A program made the translations under genes and the position numbers. Source: Candidatus Obscuribacterales bacterium (GTDB taxonomy: Bacteria > Cyanobacteriota > Vampirovibrionia > Obscuribacterales > Obscuribacteraceae). Taken from it: a DNA stretch of 64,000 nucleotides. The notes under the pieces were generated by a model, which was not told the DNA's origin, ran no database searches, and worked only from the letters and a program-made list of their open reading frames with translations. Of the stretch, positions 9,315 through 19,243 are shown piece by piece; position 1 is the first letter of the stretch, and the number at the start of each line of letters is the position of its first letter. Location of the stretch: positions 3,104,001 to 3,168,000 of the forward strand of contig CBDDIJ010000003.1 in the NCBI GenBank assembly GCA_965228855.1, given 5' to 3'.

Positions 9315-10148
9315 GTGGGTATTAGTTTTCACGTCACCTCGGTCCGCGAGGGAACCATATTCAACGTAATGCAATTCCTGGCGCTCGAAAAGGTGACAGG
9401 AACGCTCTCAATTCGCTTCGGACGTAACATCCCCGAGGTGAGCATCTACTTCGTCACGGGCAATCTTACGACCGCTGAATTCGGCGCCATAGTCAGTGAC
9501 GACGTAATCGACGTTCTGCTCTGCCAGGAGTTCGCCGTAAAGGAAATTGTGTTTACTCCCGAACGTGTGGCGCAAATTAATGAAGACGCGCTGATTCGAG
9601 GCGCCAACAGTTTATCCGGAATAGTTTTAAACGCATCAAAAGACGTCGATATGTGTGAGGCGCGCAGCCTTATCTACGGCATGATGCCGATGACGGACGG
9701 CAAAGGGCGAAAACCGGAATCGCTGCTGCATGTTCTATACGGTTTCGGCGAGTGGGAGAGCGAGCTCTCGAAAGTGCCCGCAGATGCAAAAGACAAGGCG
9801 GCTCCGCTCAAGCAATGCGTGCTTCTGAGTCGCGCGCTGCGCAAAGGAGCGATTGCCTACCAGACGCCAATCGTGTCTCTCAAAGGCGTCCGCCCGCTAA
9901 TCAATATGTTGAATCCTCTGAGCGAAAACGAAGAAAACAATTTGCGCGGATATTTGCGTAGTTTGCTCCCGCATCAGCGAGCGACGCATCTTTCGATAGA
10001 ACGATTCTACGCATTCGCAAGCGCCATCGAATCAATTGCCCAGCGACGAGGAAAAGAAGTCGGAGATCAGGCGCGCAAGGCAATTCAAGAGCTTATCCAG
10101 CAGACAACGGTTTTGCAAGATAACCCCAAGCCTTCTGCGAAGACGTAG
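9315..10148 (+). CDS. DUF4388 (PatA-N-like) domain protein
   Basis: N-terminal IFNVMQFLALEKVTGTLSI...IYFVTGNLTTAE pattern. Confidence 0.7.
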   Translation: MGISFHVTSVREGTIFNVMQFLALEKVTGTLSIRFGRNIPEVSIYFVTGNLTTAEFGAIVSDDVIDVLLCQEFAVKEIVFTPERVAQINEDALIRGANSLSGIVLNASKDVDMCEARSLIYGMMPMTDGKGRKPESLLHVLYGFGEWESELSKVPADAKDKAAPLKQCVLLSRALRKGAIAYQTPIVSLKGVRPLINMLNPLSENEENNLRGYLRSLLPHQRATHLSIERFYAFASAIESIAQRRGKEVGDQARKAIQELIQQTTVLQDNPKPSAKT

Positions 10149-10517
10149 TCGCCGTCTGACAACATTTGCAGGCGACGGTGCTACACGGTAATCTCTCCCC
10201 CACCTGAGGTCTTTCTCTGGTATCCGTCACCGGCGAAAGCTCTCACTGCTGCGATGTTATGCGCCTGGATGCAGACGGGATAATCCGTGCTCGACGATCA
10301 AATCGCCGATGACGTTCCACGAGTTCATCTCTCGGAACGCCTTTTACCCACGGCCTTCCACATGGCGAGGCTGGCTTGGGAACCTGGATTTGAATGAAGA
10401 CAAATTATGTTTTTCTCGTCGATTTCTAGACATCAGACAGTTCACCACGGGTGGTGTCACATCAGCGTTTCAAGAACATAGCGAAGGCTCCAGAGCTGAC
10501 GAACGCAGCGCAGGTTC

Positions 10518-11234
10518 TTATGCGGGTTGAGTCAGATCTCTTTTGAAGGCTGGTCGGGTTTTCTCAGGTCGAATATGATCGAATTTCAACCCTTTTGCGA
10601 CAGACCACTTCAAAATCTCTTCCGTGGATTTGAGACACTGTCTCGAATTTCTTCTGCTCTCGTGCAAAACAATCACACTGCCGGAGCGCGTCTGTCTGAC
10701 GATTCGTCGCACAACTTCCGATACGCCGACATCGTTCCAGTCCTCTGCGACCGGTCCCCAGTATACGCAGGTAAGATCGCGCTCGGTCAGGGTAGAAGCT
10801 TTGTCGGAATCTATAAGACCGTATGGTGGTCGAAAAACAGTCGGAGCCTCTCCGCACGCATTCTTGATTAAAAGACTGGTGGCGTCTACTTCCTTTTCAA
10901 AAAGCCCTTTCGGAATAAAAAGCGGCGGCAGGTGCTTATACGTGTGATTGCCGATCTGATGCCCGTGCTCGCGTGTCATCTTCACGAGTTCCGGAAACTG
11001 CTCGACATTCGATCCGGTGAAAAAGAAAGTTGCCTTGACGTTATGCTCGTTCAAAATCTGGAGCAGTTTTGGCGTCGTCTCCGGAAACGGGCCATCATCG
11101 AACGTCATGTGGCAGGGCGAATCGACCGAATCCTCCGGATGGTGCCAGTATCCGGACGGCAGGACGGAGCGGCAAGCGCCCGTCATCATATCCATTTTGA
11201 GGTCGAGGAGAGATTTAATCATGCCAAAGCTCAA
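10518..11234 (-). CDS. Polysaccharide deacetylase (CE4/NodB)
   Basis: TFDDGP, ATFF, GNHTYKH, FRPPYG, IVLHE motifs. Confidence 0.93.
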   Translation of the reverse strand: MSFGMIKSLLDLKMDMMTGACRSVLPSGYWHHPEDSVDSPCHMTFDDGPFPETTPKLLQILNEHNVKATFFFTGSNVEQFPELVKMTREHGHQIGNHTYKHLPPLFIPKGLFEKEVDATSLLIKNACGEAPTVFRPPYGLIDSDKASTLTERDLTCVYWGPVAEDWNDVGVSEVVRRIVRQTRSGSVIVLHESRRNSRQCLKSTEEILKWSVAKGLKFDHIRPEKTRPAFKRDLTQPA

Positions 11235-11506
11235 ACGCTACTTTTAAACGTAACACAACTCTAGTCGCAGCGGATCGGGCAAACCGCTCCAATGCGATCA
11301 CTTTCTTCACTGTTGCGTGCGAACGTCCGGTATTAACCTGGGTTTTAACGCTCCTGAGACGTCAAAACTTCTGATCGAAACGCCCATATCGGTCGCCCAT
11401 GGAGCATTGGCGACTTTTCAATATGATAAAGTAGCCTTGCCGTGACACTCAGTCGCGGCGTTACCAATTCGACATTAAACGCTTCGTTTTGACAGGGAGA
11501 TTGTAG

Positions 11507-12793
11507 ATGCTCGACTTCAGACCGCCGCTCGACTCACCGCTGCTGATCGCGATGGTCAAACTCCTGATGCCGTTGTACATGAAGTTGGGTTTGAATGACA
11601 CCACAATTAGTGTCTCGCCTGAAGCACTGGAACGTTTCACAAAACTGAAAGGGAAGAAGGCACTCATTTGCCCCAATCACAGCTTTCGCCACGATCCGCA
11701 GGTGATGTTCGCGTTCTCGAAACTTGTCGAAGAAGACTTCAATTTTATTGCGGCGCGAGAAGTTTTCGATTGGGATCATGGTTTAAACGGTTGGTGGCTG
11801 CAGCATATGGGCGCTTATTCAGTAGTCCGAGGAGCAGTCGATAGAGAGTCGTTTAAGACCACTCGCGAAATTCTCTCGACCGGTAGAAAGAAGCTCGTTT
11901 TGTTTCCGGAAGGCGAAATTTCAAGGCAAAACGACACGCTTCTGCCGCTTGAGTCGGGAGCCGCGCAAATGTCATTCTGGGCGCTCAGCGACATCAAAAA
12001 AGCCAATCCCAATGACACAATACACATCATTCCGATGGCGCTCAAATACACCTATCCATACGATATCGGTTCAAACATCAGAGAGTCTATTGGTCGCCTC
12101 GAGTCGAAGCTGAACCTTTCTCCATTCGCCGAAGAAGAAGGCAAGCTCAAACTCGAAATTGAATCCGCGTCAGACTCTGCTCGCTTCCGAGTTCGGCGCA
12201 TCGCGGAAAAACTTCTTTCCGTGCTCGAAAAGGAGTACAAACAGAAGCCGAACGAAGATGCGACAATGAATCAAAGAGTGGAAACTCTCAGACGCGCGAT
12301 TCTAGCAAAGGTTGCAAAACAGCTTGATATCGAGCTTCCAGCAGGCAATCGCGAACTGGAAAATGTACGAATTCTGCGCAACACCCTCGACGATTACATT
12401 TATCAAACAGACGGCGGCAACTCCAGCGAATACGAAAAGCAAGTCAGAGAGCAGACTTCGGCTAACATCAAGTCGTGCTACAAAGATCTCGATCGAGTGG
12501 TGAATTTTATCGCTATCTACGATGGCTATGTCACGGAGCACATGTCGCAAGAACGATACTCGCACGTACTCGACCGCATGGAACAAGAAGTCTTCGGCGG
12601 CGCGCCGACTCTGCGAGGAGCGCGTCTCATTCTTATAGACGTCGGCGAACCGATCAACCTGGACGATCATCTGGACGTTTACAAGTCGAAGAAGAAAGAA
12701 GCCGTCGCGAAAGTTACCGACGAGATCTTTAGCCAGATTTCATCGATGCTTCATGGTTTGGAAGCGAAGCGGAAGCCGGTATTTCTCAAATAG
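11507..12793 (+). CDS. Phospholipid/glycerol acyltransferase (PlsC superfamily, cyanobacterial-like long form)
   Basis: NHxxxxD (PNHSFRHDP) and FPEG motifs. Confidence 0.88.
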   Translation: MLDFRPPLDSPLLIAMVKLLMPLYMKLGLNDTTISVSPEALERFTKLKGKKALICPNHSFRHDPQVMFAFSKLVEEDFNFIAAREVFDWDHGLNGWWLQHMGAYSVVRGAVDRESFKTTREILSTGRKKLVLFPEGEISRQNDTLLPLESGAAQMSFWALSDIKKANPNDTIHIIPMALKYTYPYDIGSNIRESIGRLESKLNLSPFAEEEGKLKLEIESASDSARFRVRRIAEKLLSVLEKEYKQKPNEDATMNQRVETLRRAILAKVAKQLDIELPAGNRELENVRILRNTLDDYIYQTDGGNSSEYEKQVREQTSANIKSCYKDLDRVVNFIAIYDGYVTEHMSQERYSHVLDRMEQEVFGGAPTLRGARLILIDVGEPINLDDHLDVYKSKKKEAVAKVTDEIFSQISSMLHGLEAKRKPVFLK

Positions 12794-12966
12794 TGGCTGA
12801 ACGGCTCTAATTCCGTTTAAGAAAGCTCGTATTTCGCAAAGATCTGACTGGGGACCACTTGATTAGTGGTATTATTCATTGGCTCTGGTCCTGGAGACCA
12901 AAGTCATTGTCCCGAGCCGGTCTCGGGACGCCATCCGGAGAATCTTTTCAAAGTCGTCGAATAGTT

Positions 12967-14412
12967 ATGCAAAAGCTTGCCCTTGTAGGTCTGGGTGCGT
13001 CCGGTCTCTTCGCGTTAAAAGAATTAGCAGGAGCGCCAGTCGAAGTACACGTTTTCGACGTCGGACCGCAGTACAGCAAAAGATACGCCTGCCCGATCGA
13101 TCAGGGCAAGCTCACGGTCTGCCCGCCCAAGGCATGCAGCTACTGCGCTCCCGGACAGTCAGCCGGAAGCTGGAACGACTTCAAAGTCATCCTCTCAGCA
13201 TCGCCGGTGATCGGTGGACGACTTTATGAGCTCATTGGCGAACAGGAACTGCAGAAACGTCTCGACACGGTGCGTCAAACAATCCTGACGCACGCGCCCG
13301 TCGAAATCCCAGTGGTGAAGCCAAACAAAGATGATCTTGATTGGATCAACAAACGCGCAACGCTCGCCGGAATGACCTACCACTATCAAGAGCTATTGCA
13401 CTGCGGCTCAGACAACGCGCCGGCAATCAACACCAGCATTCTCAACGAAATTATCGAAAAAGGTCCCAACATTGTTTTTCACTGGGACTCGAAAGTCCAG
13501 TCGGTAGCCAGACGTGGAGAGCGTTTCGCCGTCCGTCATGACGGATATCGCAAACCAACAAGTAACGAACAAGAAGACATTTTCGACTACTGCATCCTTT
13601 CGGTCGGCAGAGGCGGAGCACACTGGCTTACGCAACAAGAATTCTACAAAGCGCTGGACATCTATCCAGGTCAGGTAGACATCGGCGTGCGGGTCGAAAC
13701 AAGCTGCTACTTCACCGAAGAGGTGGACAAGCGCTTCTACGAGCCAAAGCTCTATTACATCAGCCGTCACACAGGCGACGTAGTTCGCAACTTCTGCTCT
13801 AACCCTCGAGGGTATGTCACGCCGGAAAACCATCGAGACTACGTACTAGTGAATGGTCACTCGAAGATGTTCGAGAAATCGGAGAACAACAACTTCGCGG
13901 TTCTAGTCTCGAAAACATTCACTCGTCCGTTCAAAGATCCGCAGCTCTATTCACAAACCATCGCTAAAGTCGTCAACATGCTTGCCGGCGGCGGACCACT
14001 CGTGCAGCGCCTGGGCGATTTGCGCGCCGGAAGAAGAACCAAATCGCTCGCTAACAACATGATCAAACCCACTCTGGAAGCCGAGTGCGGAGATATCTCG
14101 CTGGCGTATCCGCACCGAATTCTGACAAGCATCATGGAATATCTCGATGCCCTCGATAAAATTTGTCCTGGCGTAGCGCACGACTCGACGCTATTGTTTG
14201 CCCCTGAGTGCAAGAGCTATCCGGATTCGATTGCTGTGAATAAATCAATGGAAACCAACATCGAAAACTTGTTCATCATCGGCGACAGCAGCAGCTGGAC
14301 GCGCGGTGTCGGACAGGCTACCACGAGCGGTCTACTGGCTGGCGAAGGCGTCAAAAAGAAGCTCAAAGAGTTGGCACCGGCACCAGCTACGGTGGCACAG
14401 GCCGTATCGTAA
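12967..14412 (+). CDS. Uncharacterised FAD-dependent oxidoreductase (COG2509-like)
   Basis: Rossmann VGLGASG, Cys cluster CP..C..C..C, VDIGVRVE, VNGHS, IGDSS; start at MQKLALVG. Confidence 0.85.
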   Translation: MQKLALVGLGASGLFALKELAGAPVEVHVFDVGPQYSKRYACPIDQGKLTVCPPKACSYCAPGQSAGSWNDFKVILSASPVIGGRLYELIGEQELQKRLDTVRQTILTHAPVEIPVVKPNKDDLDWINKRATLAGMTYHYQELLHCGSDNAPAINTSILNEIIEKGPNIVFHWDSKVQSVARRGERFAVRHDGYRKPTSNEQEDIFDYCILSVGRGGAHWLTQQEFYKALDIYPGQVDIGVRVETSCYFTEEVDKRFYEPKLYYISRHTGDVVRNFCSNPRGYVTPENHRDYVLVNGHSKMFEKSENNNFAVLVSKTFTRPFKDPQLYSQTIAKVVNMLAGGGPLVQRLGDLRAGRRTKSLANNMIKPTLEAECGDISLAYPHRILTSIMEYLDALDKICPGVAHDSTLLFAPECKSYPDSIAVNKSMETNIENLFIIGDSSSWTRGVGQATTSGLLAGEGVKKKLKELAPAPATVAQAVS

Positions 14413-14750
14413 CAGTCAATCTCCAGCATGGAGCGATAGTCGTATCGTGCTAGTCAATTTTCAGCACCGAGCAATAGCCGTATCGTGCTAGTCAATTTTC
14501 AGCACCGAGCAATAGTCGTATCGTGCTAGTCAATTTTCAGCACCGAGCAATAGCCGTATCGTGCTAGTCAATTTTCAGCACCGAGCAATAGCCGTATCGT
14601 GCTAGTCAATTTTCAGCACCGAGCAATAGCCGTATCGTGCTAGTCAATTTTCAGCACCGAGCAATAGCCGTATCGTGCTAGTCAATTTTCAGCACCGAGC
14701 AATAGCCGTATCGTGCTAGTCAATTTTCAGCACCGAGCAATAGCCGTATC
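14401..14750. repeat. 38-bp tandem array without spacers: 8 near-perfect copies, 1 degenerate copy and a partial copy
   Basis: Unit g(c/t)cgtatcgtgctagtcaattttcagcaccgagcaata at 14439, 14477 ... 14705; the degenerate copy at 14401 overlaps the upstream stop codon. Confidence 0.97.
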
Positions 14751-14860
14751 AACGCAAGCAAAAGGCGCATCAGGGCGCAGCAGCATCCGCTCAAACAAAA
14801 GGCTCATCAGCGCGGGGCATAGAGCGGAGAAGGCAAAAAGAGAAGGCACAAAGCATCAGC

Positions 14861-15335
14861 CCTAGGCTCATACTATCCAAATCCCCGTTAGGTAAGCGTT
14901 ATGCCTGTGCGGAATTGAAAAAAACAAAAGATTCCAGTCGAGCATACCATTCGTTCCAGAAGCCCAGCCTTTCACATTCGACGTACGAAGAAATGACTAG
15001 GGACTCGAAGAGGCACTGCAGACTACAACGGTAAAGTATAAAAAAACAGCTGCAAGAACGCGAGTCTAGAGTCCTGAGCAGACAAGCATGATGAGCAAGC
15101 GCGCCTGCGGACGGCTCCAGATGGACGGGGACGGCTCCGGATGGACGGAGATGGCTCGGGATGGACGGGGACGGCTCGGGTGGACGGGGACGGCCCGGGA
15201 TGGACGGGGACGGCTGCGAAGCAGATCCGAGTTCGATTTAGATGTATTGTATGACTAATCGGAATTTTGGAACAAAAAGAATTCCGATTAGACATGTTGG
15301 TCCCCTAACGAGAGGTTGGGATAGCCAGCTCTAGG
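14861..15335. other. Non-coding element bounded by two collinear 90-nt imperfect inverted arms, each carrying a GGAAT(T)..ATTCC hairpin (possible ncRNA or MITE-like element)
   Basis: 14861-14950 aligns with the reverse complement of 15246-15335: cctag, ctatcc, cgttagg, atg, cggaatt, attcc, catac. Confidence 0.55.
15109..15215 (+). repeat. 20-bp G-rich tandem repeat (~5.5 copies)
   Basis: atggacggggacggctc(c/g)gg units. Confidence 0.9.
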
Positions 15336-15447
15336 TCTTCGGGTTCTATGTCTTCGGTTCTAAGTCTTCGGCTCTACGTCTTCGGCTTTACGTCTTCGGC
15401 TTTACGTCTTCGGCTATACGTCTTCGGCTCTACGTCTTCGACGTCTT
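15328..15447. repeat. 14-bp tandem repeat (~8 copies)
   Basis: gtcttcggct(c/t/a)tac units at 15335, 15350, 15364 ... 15434. Confidence 0.92.
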
Positions 15448-15467
15448 GGTGCTCGGCTCAGGAAGAC

Positions 15468-18173
15468 TCAATCGTCGTCGACAAAGCCTAGCTTCGTTGC
15501 TTTTGTTCGCGCTTGCTTTGCCTTGGTTTTCTTACCGAGAGCTTCGTAACAGCGCGCAATGACATCGTAGATATCCGGATATTCAGGGGCAATATCCTGG
15601 CCCTCTAACGCCAGTGCAAGCGCAGCCTCGGCGTCGCCCGAGTCTAACTTGATCCTCGCCATCGTGTCGTACGGAGCAGGATCTTCAGGATCCAATTCCA
15701 GTGCGAGTGTGCAATCTTTCTGCGACTCGGTGAAGTTGCCCATCTTGTAATGCTCCCAGGCGCGGGAGACGTAATACTCAGAGCATGATTCGTCGTATTC
15801 TATGGCTGTATTAAAGTCTTGAAGGGCTTCTTCACGCAGCTTCATTCGGCTGCGCACAAAGCCTCGGCAGTAATATGCATCTGCAAAAGTGTCATCTAAC
15901 GAAATTGCTTCGTCGAGATTTTCAAGCGCTTGCGGAAACCGCTCCATCGCTTGCAGGCACCATGCCCGACTCAAGTACCAGTCCGCTTCCGTTGGCACAA
16001 GCTCAATCGCGCGATTGTACTGGCTGACGGCACTGGCGTAATCCTCAGCTGCCATGTGAGCATAAGCAGCGCCGGCGTATGACTGCGCATGATCGGGATT
16101 TATGTCTAACGCATGAGCGAAGTCATCCAGAGCATTGCCTAACTCGCCTTTCTGAGTATAGATCGCGCCCCGGTTGTAGTAGTGACCTTCTTCCTCCGGC
16201 TCCAAACTGATCACAGCTGTTGCGTCAGCCAGCGCCTTATCCCATTCTCCGATAGCTTCATAAGAAGCGGCACGAGCTTGCAATAAAACAGAATTCATCG
16301 GTTCGCGCTTCAAACCTTTTTCGAATTGCAAAACCGCTTTTTCGTGCAGTCCAAGATCCTGATAGAGAGCGCCCCTTCTTGCAAAGCTTTCCGTGGGGTC
16401 GACTAAACTTAATTGGCTGAGATTGACCTGTTTGATCGACTCCGGTTCTTTCCAATCAACATCCGGATACTGGACAGGCTGCTCTCCGCGCAGCCAGGCT
16501 TCCTCAGCTTTGACTCGTTCAACGCGACCCTCGTCAAACCGAGATAGTTTATCCAATGCTTCGCTTTTCAGATCATACGCCGCAGCAAATGATGGAAGCA
16601 GTTTCAACGCCTCATCAGCCGCTTGAATCGCGTCTTCGTACTCACTGAGTTTGAATAAAACGCGCGAGCGCAACTCGAACAATGTCGGTCGTGTCGGTGC
16701 GATCGATTCTACGCGGCTCAGCTGTTCAAGAGCCGATGCATGATCGCCTAACTTGTCGAACTCCCATGCACGTGCTTCGAGATACTCGGCTTTGTCCGGA
16801 GCCATGAGCACCAACCTGCTATAGTCGCTCAATGCACGCTCATGTTCACCCATGTGACTGAGGATGTGACCGCGCTCGTAGTAGGCGTCGAGATAGTTGG
16901 GATTGAGCGCGATAGCACGATTCAGGTCGTTCATCGCAGTTTCGAAATCGCCGATGTGGTGACTGCAAACAGCACGGTAATAATGCAGGTAATCACTCTC
17001 GTTATTTTCTTCCAGCAGGGCATCAAGTTCAACTTTCGCCCGTCCGTAGTCTTGACGAGCAATGTAGAGAACAGCATAGCCCCAGCGTACGCGCAAATCC
17101 TTATCATCGAGATTCTCGGCGCTCTCGAGATCCGCTTCGCCTTGCTCGAAATTGCCCTTATCGATTTGCACAAGAGCTCGACGATAATATGCGTCGATGT
17201 CGTCAGGTTGAGAATCTATTGCCTTTGCGAGATCTGCCAGTGCATTATCCATTTCTCCAAGAGCGCCGTATAAAGCGGCTCTTGCCTTAAGAATGTCGGT
17301 TGTTCCAGCAATCTTGTCGAGTAGTCCGGTCAAAATTTCAAGGTCACGGCGCAACTCTCGCGGACTGATTTTGCTGAAGTCTTCACAAGCAAGAATGTCT
17401 TCGACGTTAACAACACTCGCGCGAATTTGCTCGAGATCGGCTTGGATAGACTCGTCCACCTCACGGTCGGACGGACACAACATCACAAATTGACTGAAAC
17501 TTTCCGGACCGTTCGCTTCGCCTGGCCACTGGAAATCCACAAGCGATTTGAGCGCTTCCGCGTCCTTGTTATCATCGATTGCGACGTAACCGGAAATGTC
17601 GGCTTCGCTTCGAGCCAGCAATAGCTCGACCCAATGTACACGCCGCTCGTTAAGATAACTGGCGATAGAATCCATGCAAAGTGTGATGGGGAGTTCTTTC
17701 TTAATGTACGCGAGCAGCTTATCGGCACCGGAACCTTCAACGCGGTAGGGGCCGAGAAACACATCCCAGGCGATAAATTTACCATCGCATAGTGACGTAA
17801 GTCTGGCAGTGTCTACCGAATCTGCGTCTTTTTTCTTCTCCGCCTTCTCCGACTCGGGACCGAGTGCCGCACGAAATACAGGCCAGATGTGCTCGGCGTA
17901 ACTGCCTACCGCTTCGAGTACTGACTCGTCCTCAGTTTCACCATGTCCGGTCGCAGACAAAGTTATCTTGAGCGAAGATTCCCGCGCGGCCAGGAAAAGC
18001 ACCTTTGATTTGTAATTTCCGCGGATTGAATTGTCGACGTGTTCTACGAAACACGTGATATCGAGAGCGTCTACGCCGGTATGGACAACTCCACCGCTGT
18101 ACTGTGCATCAAGCCCATCTTTGTTGAGGCGCTCAACAAGCGCGTTTGATGCGAGTGTTTCCAGTCGAGTCAT
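15468..18173 (-). CDS. Large tetratricopeptide-repeat protein with uncharacterised N-terminal domain
   Basis: Many 34-aa TPR units (e.g. AMNDLNRAIALNPNYLDAYYERG); GAGG RBS. Confidence 0.9.
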   Translation of the reverse strand: MTRLETLASNALVERLNKDGLDAQYSGGVVHTGVDALDITCFVEHVDNSIRGNYKSKVLFLAARESSLKITLSATGHGETEDESVLEAVGSYAEHIWPVFRAALGPESEKAEKKKDADSVDTARLTSLCDGKFIAWDVFLGPYRVEGSGADKLLAYIKKELPITLCMDSIASYLNERRVHWVELLLARSEADISGYVAIDDNKDAEALKSLVDFQWPGEANGPESFSQFVMLCPSDREVDESIQADLEQIRASVVNVEDILACEDFSKISPRELRRDLEILTGLLDKIAGTTDILKARAALYGALGEMDNALADLAKAIDSQPDDIDAYYRRALVQIDKGNFEQGEADLESAENLDDKDLRVRWGYAVLYIARQDYGRAKVELDALLEENNESDYLHYYRAVCSHHIGDFETAMNDLNRAIALNPNYLDAYYERGHILSHMGEHERALSDYSRLVLMAPDKAEYLEARAWEFDKLGDHASALEQLSRVESIAPTRPTLFELRSRVLFKLSEYEDAIQAADEALKLLPSFAAAYDLKSEALDKLSRFDEGRVERVKAEEAWLRGEQPVQYPDVDWKEPESIKQVNLSQLSLVDPTESFARRGALYQDLGLHEKAVLQFEKGLKREPMNSVLLQARAASYEAIGEWDKALADATAVISLEPEEEGHYYNRGAIYTQKGELGNALDDFAHALDINPDHAQSYAGAAYAHMAAEDYASAVSQYNRAIELVPTEADWYLSRAWCLQAMERFPQALENLDEAISLDDTFADAYYCRGFVRSRMKLREEALQDFNTAIEYDESCSEYYVSRAWEHYKMGNFTESQKDCTLALELDPEDPAPYDTMARIKLDSGDAEAALALALEGQDIAPEYPDIYDVIARCYEALGKKTKAKQARTKATKLGFVDDD

Positions 18174-18532
18174 CTAAATCCTCTTCATCCCGAACTAATC
18201 GCGAATTTCGGGGAATTACCAATCCCATATTGTACGTTCAGTTGCACATTTGGGGGCGCTTATGGTCCTTTAATTGTAAACTGGACGAGCTTTCAGCGGT
18301 CGTTTTCAAGCCAAATTTTGACCTCAACGGCACGAATCTCATGAATTCAATCCAGTCAATATCGGCGGTGCCGGTTCTTCACGGACTGAAAGAGCCGGTC
18401 TGCTTATTATTAAGCTGAGTTTGATCGCTTGAAACCCGGAGCGCCCTGATTCCAAGGGGACGTTTCAAAAGCTAGCCGATGCATGTGCAGAAGGCAGGTT
18501 GAAACGATCGGCACTGGCGGTTTAATGACGGT

Positions 18533-19243
18533 TTACTGATACGGGGTGAAGAGGAACGACCAAACCGCTCCAAGGATTCCCATCACGACAAATAAAACGA
18601 TTCCGGCTTTCCATAAAGTGGTCCTGCTCGCGAACCGCCTTATCGTCTGAGTCCAGGTCTCGTTTACTGATGAACTATGTCCAAGAGCGACATAAATCAG
18701 AATAGGCCAGCAGAATGGGAGCCACGCAAAAAAATTACCAAAGAGAATCCAATTCCTCTTCGGATGCGAGTCTCTAAACGCTATAAAAGACGGCAAGAAC
18801 GTCCAGAATACTAAAAGCAGAACCCCAAGAATACCGATGGCAGCCACAGCTGCAAGAACGAACCAGAGATAACTTTCTCCGCAGCTTACGGTTATCCAAT
18901 TTATTACGCCAGGAGCGGCCAGACCCAGAATCGGATAGATAATCATCAGAGAGAAAAACAGTTTGGCAATACTGCCTCTTTTCCGAAGAACAGCTGCAAT
19001 TGCGCCCCAGAAGAACTCACCGGCAGCAGTGAAAGCAAGAATTTCAAAACTGTTGGCGATTATGTTTATCAGCGCCTCTAAATTGGCACTATCTCTCGAT
19101 AACTCGCTGGCGGCGCGAGCGGAGTTTACTGACTGCTCCACGTCAAACGAACCGGTGTTCGGTGTCCCAGCGAAAGCCGTCCCGGCTGCAAAACATGCAA
19201 GTGGAATCGCCATAGCAAGAATCCAAACAATTCGCCGGTGCAT
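18533..19243 (-). CDS. Membrane protein with superinfection-immunity (T4 Imm-like) domain
   Basis: Signal-like N-terminus, several TMs and FLPSFIAFRDSHPKRNWILFGNFFAWLPFCWPILIYVAL, matching the Imm pattern. Confidence 0.7.
   Translation of the reverse strand: MHRRIVWILAMAIPLACFAAGTAFAGTPNTGSFDVEQSVNSARAASELSRDSANLEALINIIANSFEILAFTAAGEFFWGAIAAVLRKRGSIAKLFFSLMIIYPILGLAAPGVINWITVSCGESYLWFVLAAVAAIGILGVLLLVFWTFLPSFIAFRDSHPKRNWILFGNFFAWLPFCWPILIYVALGHSSSVNETWTQTIRRFASRTTLWKAGIVLFVVMGILGAVWSFLFTPYQ

Noticed and set aside
10149..10517. Possible ncRNA or small ORF in the gap between convergent genes
   Set aside because: No recognisable RNA family motif; the short ORFs lack convincing signals.
14401..14750. 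CRISPR array
   Set aside because: Units are contiguous with no unique spacers, and there are no cas genes in the window.
15023..15295. 90-aa ORF with AGGGGA RBS
   Set aside because: It runs through a 20-bp repeat that is not a multiple of 3, and its start is buried in a hairpin; not supported as a protein, though not excluded.
14887..15309. Integron cassette (GTTAGGT ... CCCTAAC)
   Set aside because: No complete attC (RYYYAAC...GTTRRRY), no integrase and no credible cassette ORF.
14861..15335. Retron msr/msd
   Set aside because: Inverted flanks are present but there is no reverse transcriptase in the window.
18174..18532. Several hairpins upstream of the TPR gene; 18146..18418 ORF
   Set aside because: No recognisable family and the ORF has no protein-like features.
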